Positions 1-10,200 of a stretch of DNA of 64,000 bases are shown here, piece by piece. The stretch is from Mustelus asterias (taxonomy: Eukaryota): positions 11,966,001 through 12,030,000 of the forward strand of contig NC_135825.1 of assembly GCF_964213995.1 (NCBI RefSeq), in the 5' to 3' direction. Made by a program: the position numbers and the translations under genes. Position 1 is the first letter of the stretch. Each line of letters opens with the position of its first letter. The notes under the pieces are model-generated. The model saw only the letters and a list, made by a program, of their open reading frames with translations. It did not search any database and was not told the origin of the DNA.

Positions 1-1450
1 ATAGTTCTGACATTTATGTCAGGTAAATCTAGTTAACCAGTTATAGCCTCTATATGCTTGTCTAATTATAATGATTAATTACTAACAAGGTTTGCCTACA
101 TGGTTACACCAACCAAACATCCACGCCTGCTGTTATGGCTTGTGATTATCAGAGTTCTCCCCCTCTGTCTCTTGGGCAGCTTGTGTGTGCTGCCCATCTG
201 TAAGTGTGGGAGCTGCACTGAAACATCTTCACAGCAGTTTCCCAGTGAACCTGTAATTAATTCACAGGGGAACACTACTGCATTCAATGATGCTAATCCC
301 TTCAGAATGATAGCATCTTTCATATTCCTATCTCACAGTAGAACCAGCAGCGATCCTAAATTAGAATTAGCTACATCCATATTTAACACAAAGAAGTACA
401 TTTATTTGGAGCCTTCAACATAGTAAAATGCCCCAAGACAGAAACTAAACCAAGGAAGGAGATATTAGTGAAGGTGACCAAAATCTATCAAAGGCTTAAG
501 GCAGACATTTTAAGGAATGCCATAAAGGGATAATGAAGTGATGAATTAGACAGAGAGGATTCCAGAGCTTAGGGACACGATGGGTGAAGTTACAGCAAAG
601 CCAACGCTCATCACACAACAGATGGACTTGTTAGCGTTTGATAGCATTTTCTTATTCTGAAGTTTTGTTCTGTTTTGGCAGTAATACCTGAGACATTACA
701 GGAATATACGAGAGTGTAAACTGAAAAATGTCATCAAATCCAAAGTTGGGATGCAATAATTAACGAGGTCTCATTTCTGACGGTAAAGCCAAGGTCTATC
801 TCCCTTTATGCATTTCCAATTAGATTAAAGATTGGAGCCAATCCAAGGTGCAGTTCAGTAAAACAGCATCAATACATTTAAGGCAAATCTACAGAAGCAA
901 ATGTGAGTGAAAGGAACAGAAGCTTATGCTAGTCGGGTTAGATAAAGAGGGATGGGAGGAGGCTTGTGTTGAGCATCAAATCCAGCATGGACTAGTTGGC
1001 CTGAATGGCCTATTTCAGTCCTGTCAATTCTATATCATCCAGGTTTGAAAATTTCCAGACATCAGTCAGAGAATTCATACTTCATCTCCTCACCTGATTG
1101 TCAATAAGATTATCGTTATCTCTTCCATGGCTTATGTCATTTGTATCTGAAAAATGAAAATGTTAACATTGAAAAGGCTTTAATTGGAATGTTAGATATG
1201 CTTAGAATGTCTCAACTGAACATGTGTTGCAGGGTACATGGCCCCACATTGATTAGCATTGAAAGAAAGGCAAATGGGTTGTTATCATTTGCTGCAGAGG
1301 GGTTTGTGTATAAAATGGGGAATTGGTGAGGCCACACCTGGAGTGCAGTTTGTAGGTTTTGGCTCGAGGTAGGACATACCCACCCTCGGTTCACAGCGTT
1401 AATTCCCGATACGGGAAATTGTGTTATGAGGAAAGATTGAGTCGACCAGG

Positions 1451-1720
1451 TGTAATAATTCGAGGAGACTCGATGTGGTAAGTTACAAACTAAAGGATTT
1501 ATTGATTGAGAAGAACTCAATACAATGAAGGGTTTAACAGCACAACGATACAGGCCTACTCCTAACAATGTCCTGGCTTCAACAATAGCCTCCAGCCCCC
1601 GGGCTGCATGCCCTCACTCCCGATAGGCTCCCTATAGGCTGGTGCACTTGCACTCTATTGGTTACGGCCCAGTCACATGGCCCCTGAAGGATTACGCAAT
1701 AAAGGGGCAATGGTACCACA
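1451..1720 (-). mobile_element. Solo LTR (270 bp) inserted in a decayed CR1 relic
   Basis: TG...CA termini, flanked by CCAGG/CCAAG (5-bp TSD, 1 mismatch); minus-strand AATAAA at 1498-1503; flanks rejoin into CR1-like sequence. Confidence 0.6.
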
Positions 1721-2183
1721 CCAAGCCGATATTCTCTGCTGTTCAGCAGGATGAGCGATGATCACATTGAAAAAAAAAATCTTAATTGACTTCACAGGGC
1801 AGATATTGAGAAAATGTTTCCACTGACTGGAGAATCTAGAACACAGAGTCCATAAGACCATAAGATATAGGAGCAGAATTAGTCCATTCAGCCGATCGAA
1901 TCTGCTCCACCATTCAATCATGGCTGATAAGTTTCTCAACCCCATTCTACCGACTTTTCTCCACAACCTTTGATCCCCTTCCCAATTAAGAATCTATCTA
2001 TCTCTGCCTTAAATCTGTCACAGTCTCAGAGCACAGTGTGGGCCCATTTACTGAGATTGGGCGAGATTACAGAAAGTTCTGTATCTTTGGAATTCTCCAT
2101 CGCAGAGAGCTGTGAATGCTCCACCATTGAGTGCACTCAAGTCAGACATGGATAGATTTTTGGGAGCTTGGGGAACTAGGCTG

Positions 2184-2501
2184 TGTGGTGAACCATCGTT
2201 GGTTACCACTGTGGGGTTATTCTAATGTTGCTGTTGGGCTAGGGTGTTCACACTGTGGGGTTGTTATAATGTTGTTGTTGGGCTAGGGTGTTTACACTGT
2301 GGGATTAATACACCTGTGGTGGATGCTGTTGTGGCACATCCCGGTCGGGCCCCGCCTCCTGGGAGAGGTATAAGACCCTCTGCTCGGGCGGGACCCCTCC
2401 AGTCTGGAATGGTGTACTCGTGTTTAAATAGTTCCATTGTTAGACAATAAAAGCCTTCAATCACTGAAGCCTTGTGTCTCGTGCTCGATTGTCGCGCATC
2501 A
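2184..2501 (+). repeat. Gypsy 5' LTR (318 bp, extra 44-bp tandem unit)
   Basis: Direct repeat of 6584-6857; TATA-like GTATAAG at about 2368; AATAAA at 2446-2451. Confidence 0.95.
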
Positions 2502-2542
2502 ATTTTATTGTCTAACACGAAACTCTCGACAGAAAGGAGAGT

Positions 2543-4723
2543 ATGGAACAAATGCTAAAGCCAGAGCGTCTGACGCTGGATCCACATGCGGTCGGCGCCT
2601 CTAACACCTTCGACCACTGGCTGAAGTGTTTCGAGGACTACCTGGCAGCCTCTGCAGCAGTCACTACGGATAACGACAGACTCCAGGTCCTCCATGCGAG
2701 AGTAAGCGACACTGTCTACCTCGCGATTCGTGCGGCCACCACTTACCCGAGGGCCCTCGAGCTTTTGAAAAAGCGATACACGAGACCTCCCAACGAGATC
2801 CACGCTCGTTACCTCCTCGCTACACGACGTCGGCAGTCGGGCGAAACCATGGAGGACTACGCCAATGAGCTCTTGCAGCTTGCCAGGGGCTGCGACTGCA
2901 AAGCTGTGTCGGCTGAGCAGTACATGTACGACCTCGCCCGAGATGCGTTTGTGGCAGGGGTAGGGTCTTCGTACATCCGGCTCAAGCTGTTGGAGAAGGG
3001 GAATCTCAACCTGACCCAAGCTATGGAGATGGCTGAAATGCTGGAGGCGGCGTCGAAAAGCTTGGCCCTGTATCCGGAGGACCACGTGGAGACAACGTGG
3101 CAGGAGCAATCACAAATCCCTCCTCGCCCCACGGGCTCGCGCTCCCATATCGACCCGACGACGGCGGCAGCCCCAGGCGGCCCGCGGTGCTATTTTTGCG
3201 GAGGAGCCAAGCATCCACGGCAACAGTGTCCTGCTAAAACGGTGGTCTGCAATCAATGCGGTAAAAAGGGGCACTACGCGAAAGTCTGCAGATCGAAGCC
3301 CAAGAACGGCAGTGCAGCCTGTGACCCTCCAGAACGGAGATCATCTCCATCGGCGTCGCAGTACCCACGAGGTCCGTCCACGTGCGAGCCCAGGACGACG
3401 CCATTGTGGCTGGCGGAGGAGGAGGATGACCACCAGGAGTCGCTACGCTTGGCGCCCTCAACCATGTGCGATTCATGGGGGCGGCCATCTTGGTCGACGA
3501 CGACCAGGAGCGACCAGCAGGGGTCCTCAGCATCAACCTCGGCTGCCTGCAGTGACGTCCAAGGGCCAACGGTGGCATCGATCACCCTGGACCAGGCTAA
3601 GCACCACAGGCTTGACTGTTCAATGATGAACATTAAGGTAAATGGTCGTACTGTTTATTGTCTGTTTGACAGTGGGAGCACCGAGAGTTTTATTCACCCT
3701 GACACTGCAAAGAGGTGTGGACTCCGGGTTCTTCCTGCCAAACAGACAATTTCTATGGCATCACGGTCCCGGTCTGTACCGATCCAAGGACGTTGTGTGG
3801 TAACTCTGAAAGTGCAGGGCACAATTTACGAGCGATACAGGCTCCTTGTGTTGCCGCATCTTTGCGCGCCAATTCTCCTCGGACTAAACTTTATGGTCCA
3901 CATGAAGAGTGTGATCCTACAGTACGGTGGGCCACTCCCTTCGCTAACAGTAGGGGATCAGCCGCAGCCTCCAAATTGTCCAAAGCGCCCCGCATGCAAT
4001 CTTTCCACACTAAAGATCACCACACCCTCTTTATTTAAGAATCTGGTACCAGGCTGCAAGCCCATCGCTACTAAAAGTAGGCGTTACAGTGCTGAAGACC
4101 GGATCTTCATCAGATCTGAGGTTCAGCGACTCCTCAAAGAAGGGATCATACAGTCTAGCGTTAGTCCGTGGAGAGCACAGGTCGTGGTGGTTAAGAGCGG
4201 GAACAAACCCCGGATGGTCATCGACTACAGTCAGACCATTAATCGTTATACGCAGCTGGATGCGTATCCTCTACCACGCATATCTGATATGGTCAATCAG
4301 ATTGCGCAGTACCGGGTGTTCTCCACCATAGACCTTAAGTCCGCCTACCACCAACTCCCCATCCGCCCAGAGGACCGACATTACACGGCTTTTGAGGCGG
4401 ATGGTCGTCTGTATCAGTTTCTTAGGGTTCAATTTGGTGTCACCAATGGGGTCTCGGTCTTCCAGCGTGCTATGGACCGAATGGTGGACCAGAACGGGCT
4501 GCGGGCTACCTTCCCGTACCTGGATAATGTCACCATCTGCGGCCATGACCAGCAGGACCATGACACAAATCTCCAGAACTTTTTGCGCACTGCATCTCGC
4601 CTGAATCTGACCTACAACAGGGAGAAGTGTGTATTCCGTACGCGCCGGTTAGCCATCCTGGGATACGTAGTGGAAAACGGGGTCATTGGCCCTGATCCCG
4701 ACCGTATGGTGCCCCCTTACTGA
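2543..4723 (+). CDS. Gypsy Gag-protease-RT (N-terminal part of a polyprotein split by a 1-bp insertion near 4709)
   Basis: Zinc knuckles CYFCGGAKHPRQQC and CNQCGKKGHYAKVC; protease LFDSGS; RT motifs IDLKSAYHQ, FGVTNG, YLDN. Confidence 0.9.
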   Translation: MEQMLKPERLTLDPHAVGASNTFDHWLKCFEDYLAASAAVTTDNDRLQVLHARVSDTVYLAIRAATTYPRALELLKKRYTRPPNEIHARYLLATRRRQSGETMEDYANELLQLARGCDCKAVSAEQYMYDLARDAFVAGVGSSYIRLKLLEKGNLNLTQAMEMAEMLEAASKSLALYPEDHVETTWQEQSQIPPRPTGSRSHIDPTTAAAPGGPRCYFCGGAKHPRQQCPAKTVVCNQCGKKGHYAKVCRSKPKNGSAACDPPERRSSPSASQYPRGPSTCEPRTTPLWLAEEEDDHQESLRLAPSTMCDSWGRPSWSTTTRSDQQGSSASTSAACSDVQGPTVASITLDQAKHHRLDCSMMNIKVNGRTVYCLFDSGSTESFIHPDTAKRCGLRVLPAKQTISMASRSRSVPIQGRCVVTLKVQGTIYERYRLLVLPHLCAPILLGLNFMVHMKSVILQYGGPLPSLTVGDQPQPPNCPKRPACNLSTLKITTPSLFKNLVPGCKPIATKSRRYSAEDRIFIRSEVQRLLKEGIIQSSVSPWRAQVVVVKSGNKPRMVIDYSQTINRYTQLDAYPLPRISDMVNQIAQYRVFSTIDLKSAYHQLPIRPEDRHYTAFEADGRLYQFLRVQFGVTNGVSVFQRAMDRMVDQNGLRATFPYLDNVTICGHDQQDHDTNLQNFLRTASRLNLTYNREKCVFRTRRLAILGYVVENGVIGPDPDRMVPPY

Positions 4724-6518
4724 ACTTCCTTTGCCCGCTAGCGCAAAAGCACTGAGGAGATGCCTCGGCTTCTTCTCCTATTATGCGCAGTGGGTCCCCA
4801 ATTACGCGGACAAAGCCCGTCCGCTTATTAAGTCCACGACTTTTCCACTCACGCCAGAGGCCCATTTGGCCTTCAAGGCATTGAAAAGCGACATTGCGAA
4901 AGCCACGATGCACGCGGTGGATGAATCCATCCCTTTTCAGGTGGAAAGCGATGCATCTGATTTCGCCCTGGCCGCCACACTAAACCAGGCAGGCAGGCCC
5001 GTCGCGTTTTTCTCCCGCACACTTCAAGGTCCCGAAATTCGGCATTCAGCGGTGGAAAAGGAGGCCCAGGCTATTGTGGAGGCCGTCAGACACTGGCGCC
5101 ATTACCTGGCGGGGAAGCGGTTCACCCTGATCATGGACCAGAGGTCCGTGGCGTTTATGTTCAATAATACGCAGAGGGGCAAGATCAAGAATGACAAGAT
5201 CTTGCGGTGGAGAATTGAGCTCTCCACCTATAATTACGATATTATGTATCGTCCAGGGAAACTCAATGAGCCCTCGGATGCCCTCTCGCGCGGAACATGC
5301 GCTACTATGCAGGAGGACCGCTTGAATGCCCTCCATAATGACCTGTGCCATCCTGGGGTCACTCGGCTCTACCACTTCATCAAAGCCCGCAACCTGCCCT
5401 ACTCGGTGGAGGATGTCAGGTCAGTAACAAGAAGGTGTCGGATTTGCGCGGAATGCAAACCGCACTTTTACCGACCTGACCGGGCACAATTGGTCAAGGC
5501 CACTCGCCCCTTCGAGAGGCTGAGTGTGGATTTTAAGGGCCCCCTTCCCTCAACGGACCGGAACGTGCACTTTCTTAACATCATAGATGAGTACTCCTGG
5601 TTCCCGTTTGTTGTCCCCTGTGCGGACACGTCGACTGCCACGGTGATCAAGGCATTCCATGATCTTTTTACCCTGTTCGGGTACCCCTGCTATATACATA
5701 GCGACAGGGGCTCGTCGTTCATGAGTAACGACTTGAGGCAATTCCTGCTCTCATATGGGATTGCCTCTAGTAGAACCACGAGTTACAACCCTAGGGGCAA
5801 CGGACAGGTGGAGAGAGAGAATGCTACAGTCTGGAAGGCTGTCCTATTGGCGCTGAAGTCCAAAGGCCTTCCAGTCTCCCATTGGCAGGAGGTCCTCCCA
5901 AATGCGCTTCACTCCATTCGCTCCCTCCTGTGTACGGCAACCAATGCTACTCCCCATGAGAGGATGTTCTCATTCCCTCGGAAGTCGTCCTCGGGGATAT
6001 CTTTACCAGCCTGGTTGACGTACCCAGGACCCGTCCTTCTGCGGCGACATGTAAGGGCCCGCAAGTCCGACCCCTTGGTCGAGCCGGTCCACCTCCTCCA
6101 CGCCAACCCTCAGTATGCCTATGTGGCATATCCTGACGGGCAAGAGGACACAGTCTCGATCCGAGACCTGGCGCCCGCAGGGGACGTAGCAACTCCTGTC
6201 GCTCCCATACCCCCAGTCACGAATCCCCTATCGCTTATTTCTCCCCCGGACGTGGCGCGGTCAGCACCGGGACCAGTGCATAACAGTTATACTCCCATGT
6301 ACAGCTTGCCTGAGACTCAGAGATCGGCGCCACCACAGAAGGTACCGGGATCCCCTGCACCGCCGCTTCACCAGGGTCAACCGGCCCGTGAGTCATCGAG
6401 GGGACAGCCGGACGCTGTTTTGGAGAGAACGCCACCGCAAGCACCTGCTCCGGTGTCACAACCGGTATTGAGGAGGTCACAACGACGGTGCGGTCCTCCA
6501 GACCGTCTGGACTTGTAA
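4686..6518 (+). CDS. Gypsy RT thumb-RNase H-integrase (C-terminal part)
   Basis: RNase H ESDASDFA...EKEAQA; integrase HHCC (HNDLCHPG...CRIC), DFKG, HSDRGSSF, NGQVER. Confidence 0.9.
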   Translation: MALIPTVWCPLTELPLPASAKALRRCLGFFSYYAQWVPNYADKARPLIKSTTFPLTPEAHLAFKALKSDIAKATMHAVDESIPFQVESDASDFALAATLNQAGRPVAFFSRTLQGPEIRHSAVEKEAQAIVEAVRHWRHYLAGKRFTLIMDQRSVAFMFNNTQRGKIKNDKILRWRIELSTYNYDIMYRPGKLNEPSDALSRGTCATMQEDRLNALHNDLCHPGVTRLYHFIKARNLPYSVEDVRSVTRRCRICAECKPHFYRPDRAQLVKATRPFERLSVDFKGPLPSTDRNVHFLNIIDEYSWFPFVVPCADTSTATVIKAFHDLFTLFGYPCYIHSDRGSSFMSNDLRQFLLSYGIASSRTTSYNPRGNGQVERENATVWKAVLLALKSKGLPVSHWQEVLPNALHSIRSLLCTATNATPHERMFSFPRKSSSGISLPAWLTYPGPVLLRRHVRARKSDPLVEPVHLLHANPQYAYVAYPDGQEDTVSIRDLAPAGDVATPVAPIPPVTNPLSLISPPDVARSAPGPVHNSYTPMYSLPETQRSAPPQKVPGSPAPPLHQGQPARESSRGQPDAVLERTPPQAPAPVSQPVLRRSQRRCGPPDRLDL

Positions 6519-6583
6519 ATTTTTTGTATATATGTAGTCTGTTTTCGCACCCCGCCGGCCTTTGTTTTCAAAGGAGGGGTGAA

Positions 6584-6857
6584 TGTGGTGAACCATCGTT
6601 GGTTACCACTGTGGGGTTATTCTAATGTTGCTGTTGGGCTAGGGTGTTTACACTGTGGGATTAATACACCTGTGGTGGATGCTGTTGTGGCACATCCCGG
6701 TCGGGCCCCGCCTCCTGGGAGAGGTATAAGACCCTCTGCTCGGGCGGGACCCCTCCAGTCTGGAATGGTGTACTCGTGTTTAAATAGTTCCATTGTTAGA
6801 CAATAAAAGCCTTCAATCACTGAAGCCTTGTGTCTCGTGCTCGATTGTCGCGCATCA
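6584..6857 (+). repeat. Gypsy 3' LTR (274 bp)
   Basis: Follows the PPT; matches the 5' LTR by eye except for the 44-bp unit. Confidence 0.95.
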
Positions 6858-7200
6858 GGCTGTCACACTGAAAGATCACTGAAAGATTTCCCTCACGTAG
6901 CTAAGCAAAGAAATGACTTGGGGCGGAACTTTCCCATCCCATCCACATTGTGAATCGTAGCGGGTGGGACAGAGAATTTCTCAGACCATTTAAAAGGTCC
7001 GTTGACCTGAGACAGGAACTTCCAATCTTGGGGTGTACACAGCCAAAACAATCCCGCCCTTGGTCTTAAACAGATCTTCATGATCCTATTGAATGGTGGA
7101 GCAGACTCGATGGGCTGAATGGCCTACTCCTGTTCCTATTTCTTATTGACTTATGGTCTCTATCATTCCAAACCCATGTTAGTTTCACTTCCTCCAGAGT

Positions 7201-7268
7201 TCACAGGGTTATTTGTTGTTTCCGAACAACAGCAACAACTTCAATATTCTTCCATGTTGAATACATCT
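7201..7268 (-). CDS. Gene A putative last (cytoplasmic) exon, (E)MYSTWKNIEVVAVVRKQQITL*
   Basis: Acceptor ttctaatag, in frame with the phase-1 end of the TM exon, 125-nt intron; no independent support. Confidence 0.35.
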
Positions 7269-10200
7269 CTATTAGAATGTGCAGGATACCAGAATCAGAG
7301 ATGTTTGTTGATTGCAGCAAATTAGGTTCTCTTTATATTCTTCAGAAAATGATTGTAATATAACAAAATGATTTGGGGGAAACAGAAACTCACCCTTGTC
7401 GATTCGCCTCCGGTACAAAAGTAGAGAAACAGCGAACACCACAAGAATGGCCCCCAGCACCCCGAGCACAATGTAAATCAGACTGTGACACAGAGAATAG
7501 GAAATGAGCAGTGTTGGACTTTACAATCATAGAAAGTTTACAGCACAGAAAGTGACCACTTGGTCCATCATGTCTGTTGTGTCTAAAAACCGGCCCCCCA
7601 GTGCAGTCCCATTCTCCAGCATTGTGTCCATTGCCCTGCAGATTATCCAGACATCTCTGAAATGAGTTGAGTGTTTCTGCCTCTACCACCCTTTCAGAAA
7701 TCTGCAGCCCTCTGGGTGAAAACACTTTTCCTCATCTCTCCTCCCATCTTTCTACCAATTTCTTTAAATTTATGCTCCCGAGTCACTGACCTCTCTGCTA
7801 AAGTAAACTGGTCCTTCCCGCCCACTCTATCTGGGCTGCTTTTAATGTTGTCCATCTCAATCAATTCTCCCCTAAACCAAGGACAACAACCCCAGCCGAC
7901 CAATGTTTTCTTCTTGGCTGCAATTTTCCAGTCCTGGCAACATCCCTGTAAGTCTCCTCTCTGATACATCCTTTCTGTCATGAGGTGACCAGAACTGCTC
8001 ACAGTGCTCAAGTTATGGCCTAACTCATATTTTATATAGTTCCAGCATAACCTTTCTGACCTGAAATTCCATACCTTGGCTAATGAATGAAAGGATTCCA
8101 TGTGCCTTCTTAACCACCTTATCGACCTGTCCTGCTACCTTCAAGGACCTCTGGGCATTCACTCCTAGGATTTTCACTTCCTCTATATCCCCCAGTATCC
8201 TCCCATTTATTGTCTAACCATTTGCTTTGTTTGACCTGCTCAAATGCATCACCTCACCCTTCTCTGAGTTGAATTCCATTTGCCACTTTTCTGCCCACCT
8301 GACCAGTCCATTGATATCTTCCTGCAGCCGATAGCAATCCTCCTCGCTATCTACTGCATTGGTAATTTTCATTACATTACATCTAAATCATGAATATATG
8401 CCAGAGAAAGCAGGGGACCGAGCACTGAGCATTGGAAACAGCCTTCCAGTCACAAAAACAGCCATCAACAATCATCCTTTGTTTCCTGCCACAATTGATT
8501 CTTGGCCATTTGTTCAAGGAAGTGGGTTTTGAAATTATACATTCATGACCTTTGGATGGTCTAAAGAATTTTACAATCTGGGAAGTATTTTTAGACAATC
8601 ACCACTGTTGTGATATGGGAGATGTGGAAGCCAATTTGCTCACAGCAAAATCTCAGAAACAGCAATGAACTTTGACCAGATCAATATTGGCCATTTCTTC
8701 AGAGATCTCCTTGTCGGCTTTCTCTGTAGATAAGAAGTGACCTGCTGCGTATTTCCAGCAGCTTTTTCATCATTTTGATGTTTAGTTGGTATTTTTTCCT
8801 CATTGCCATTGTAACCTCCGCATTAACACAGCAGCCTGAGCACGCACCCTAATGACATCACATCAAATCAACCCTTTTTAAAACTCGCACCTTCATTATG
8901 AAGCGAACACAACAACATCCCGCCAAGGTTTCTGATCTGAGAGTTATTGAAAAATGATGCCCAGTCTCCCGGATCGTCAGAGACTGGACATATGACCCAA
9001 GATGTGTGTCAGAACCCTGCAGATGACGCAACATGATGACCTCCATGGGAATTGCCTGGGACGTTGGAACTTCCAACGGACAACTCTGCTGTACCCTGAG
9101 TCCCTCTGTGAAAATCTTCAGCTCTGGGTAAGAGTCAGACACTTCAAACAATTCCATGGGGCTTAACTGGATAGTTACCCAGGAAATGTTAGACTGAAAG
9201 AATCAAGTTTAATTCCTGGGTAATCACAGAACTGACCCCCGAATAATCACACTGACCCCCTGGAGTCCCCCCAATCCTCTGATGAACCCCCTGACACACC
9301 AACTATCACCCCACACCCCGACTATCCCATCTGACCTTGTGACGACGCCACAACCTGAGCCAATCCGATTACTCTCACAGACTACTCTTTGCACCCACCA
9401 CTAGCTTACCCAAGGTCCAAATCAGATTAGCCCCCAAACCAGGCTACCCCTGCCAATCTGACCCGATTACCATCCTATTCATCTACCACCTCATCAACCT
9501 CCTACCACACCCAACTGCCACCCTCCACATCTACCACCTCACCTATCTGCAACCCTACCCATCTCACACACCTATGACCTCCCACAACTGTCTTCTCACC
9601 CACCTACCACCATTGCCTCCTACTACCAACACATCGATACACCTGTCTCCCGATCCATCGTTCACCCGACCCACCTGTGGTCCTACTGAGTTGCGATGGA
9701 ATTCTCCGAGGGACGCTGCGCTCCACAGTTCTGGAGAATCTGGACTTGGAAGATCAGGCAAGAAATGTGGAGCTGAGTCGAGGGTGGAAAGCTTCAAGCG
9801 GAGTGGCAATCCAACAATGATTGCTGCTCTGTGACTGGCCCAGGACAATAAATTACATCCATTCTCACGCCAAAGTTGTTAAAGAGGATTTAATCACTCA
9901 CACAGAAGCCATGTCATTTAAACACTAACAATAAAAACAGCGTACCTTTCAGCAGGTTTGGAGTTTGGAATTGACGAATGCATTGACGATACCGTTAAAA
10001 CTTCACAAGAATTTTCAGGTCCGACTGAAAGAAGGAAACAACATTCAGATCAGCCTCATTTTCATTGTCGTGAACCGAGAGAGTCACATTGTCAAATGGC
10101 ACTTCGACCTGAGGGAGAACCACGTTGAGGGAGCACCTCTTCTTGGGATGTGGTTATTGCTGTTTAGGTCAGCAATTATTGCCCATCCCTAATTGCCCTG

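Larger units (their letters stand above)
2184..6857 (+). mobile_element. Full-length Gypsy/Ty3 LTR retrotransposon
   Basis: LTRs 2184-2501 and 6584-6857 (TG...CA); 5-bp TSD GGCTG at 2179-2183 and 6858-6862; PPT AAAGGAGGGGTGAA at 6570-6583; domain order gag-PR-RT-RH-IN. Confidence 0.97.

Noticed and set aside
96-423. ORFs at the window start as tail exons or a separate gene
   Set aside because: No recognisable motif; the candidate acceptor gives an early stop in the required phase.
4686-4723. Programmed ribosomal frameshift between the two Gypsy ORFs
   Set aside because: The break falls inside RT, not at the gag/pol junction, and there is no slippery heptamer; a 1-bp insertion explains it.
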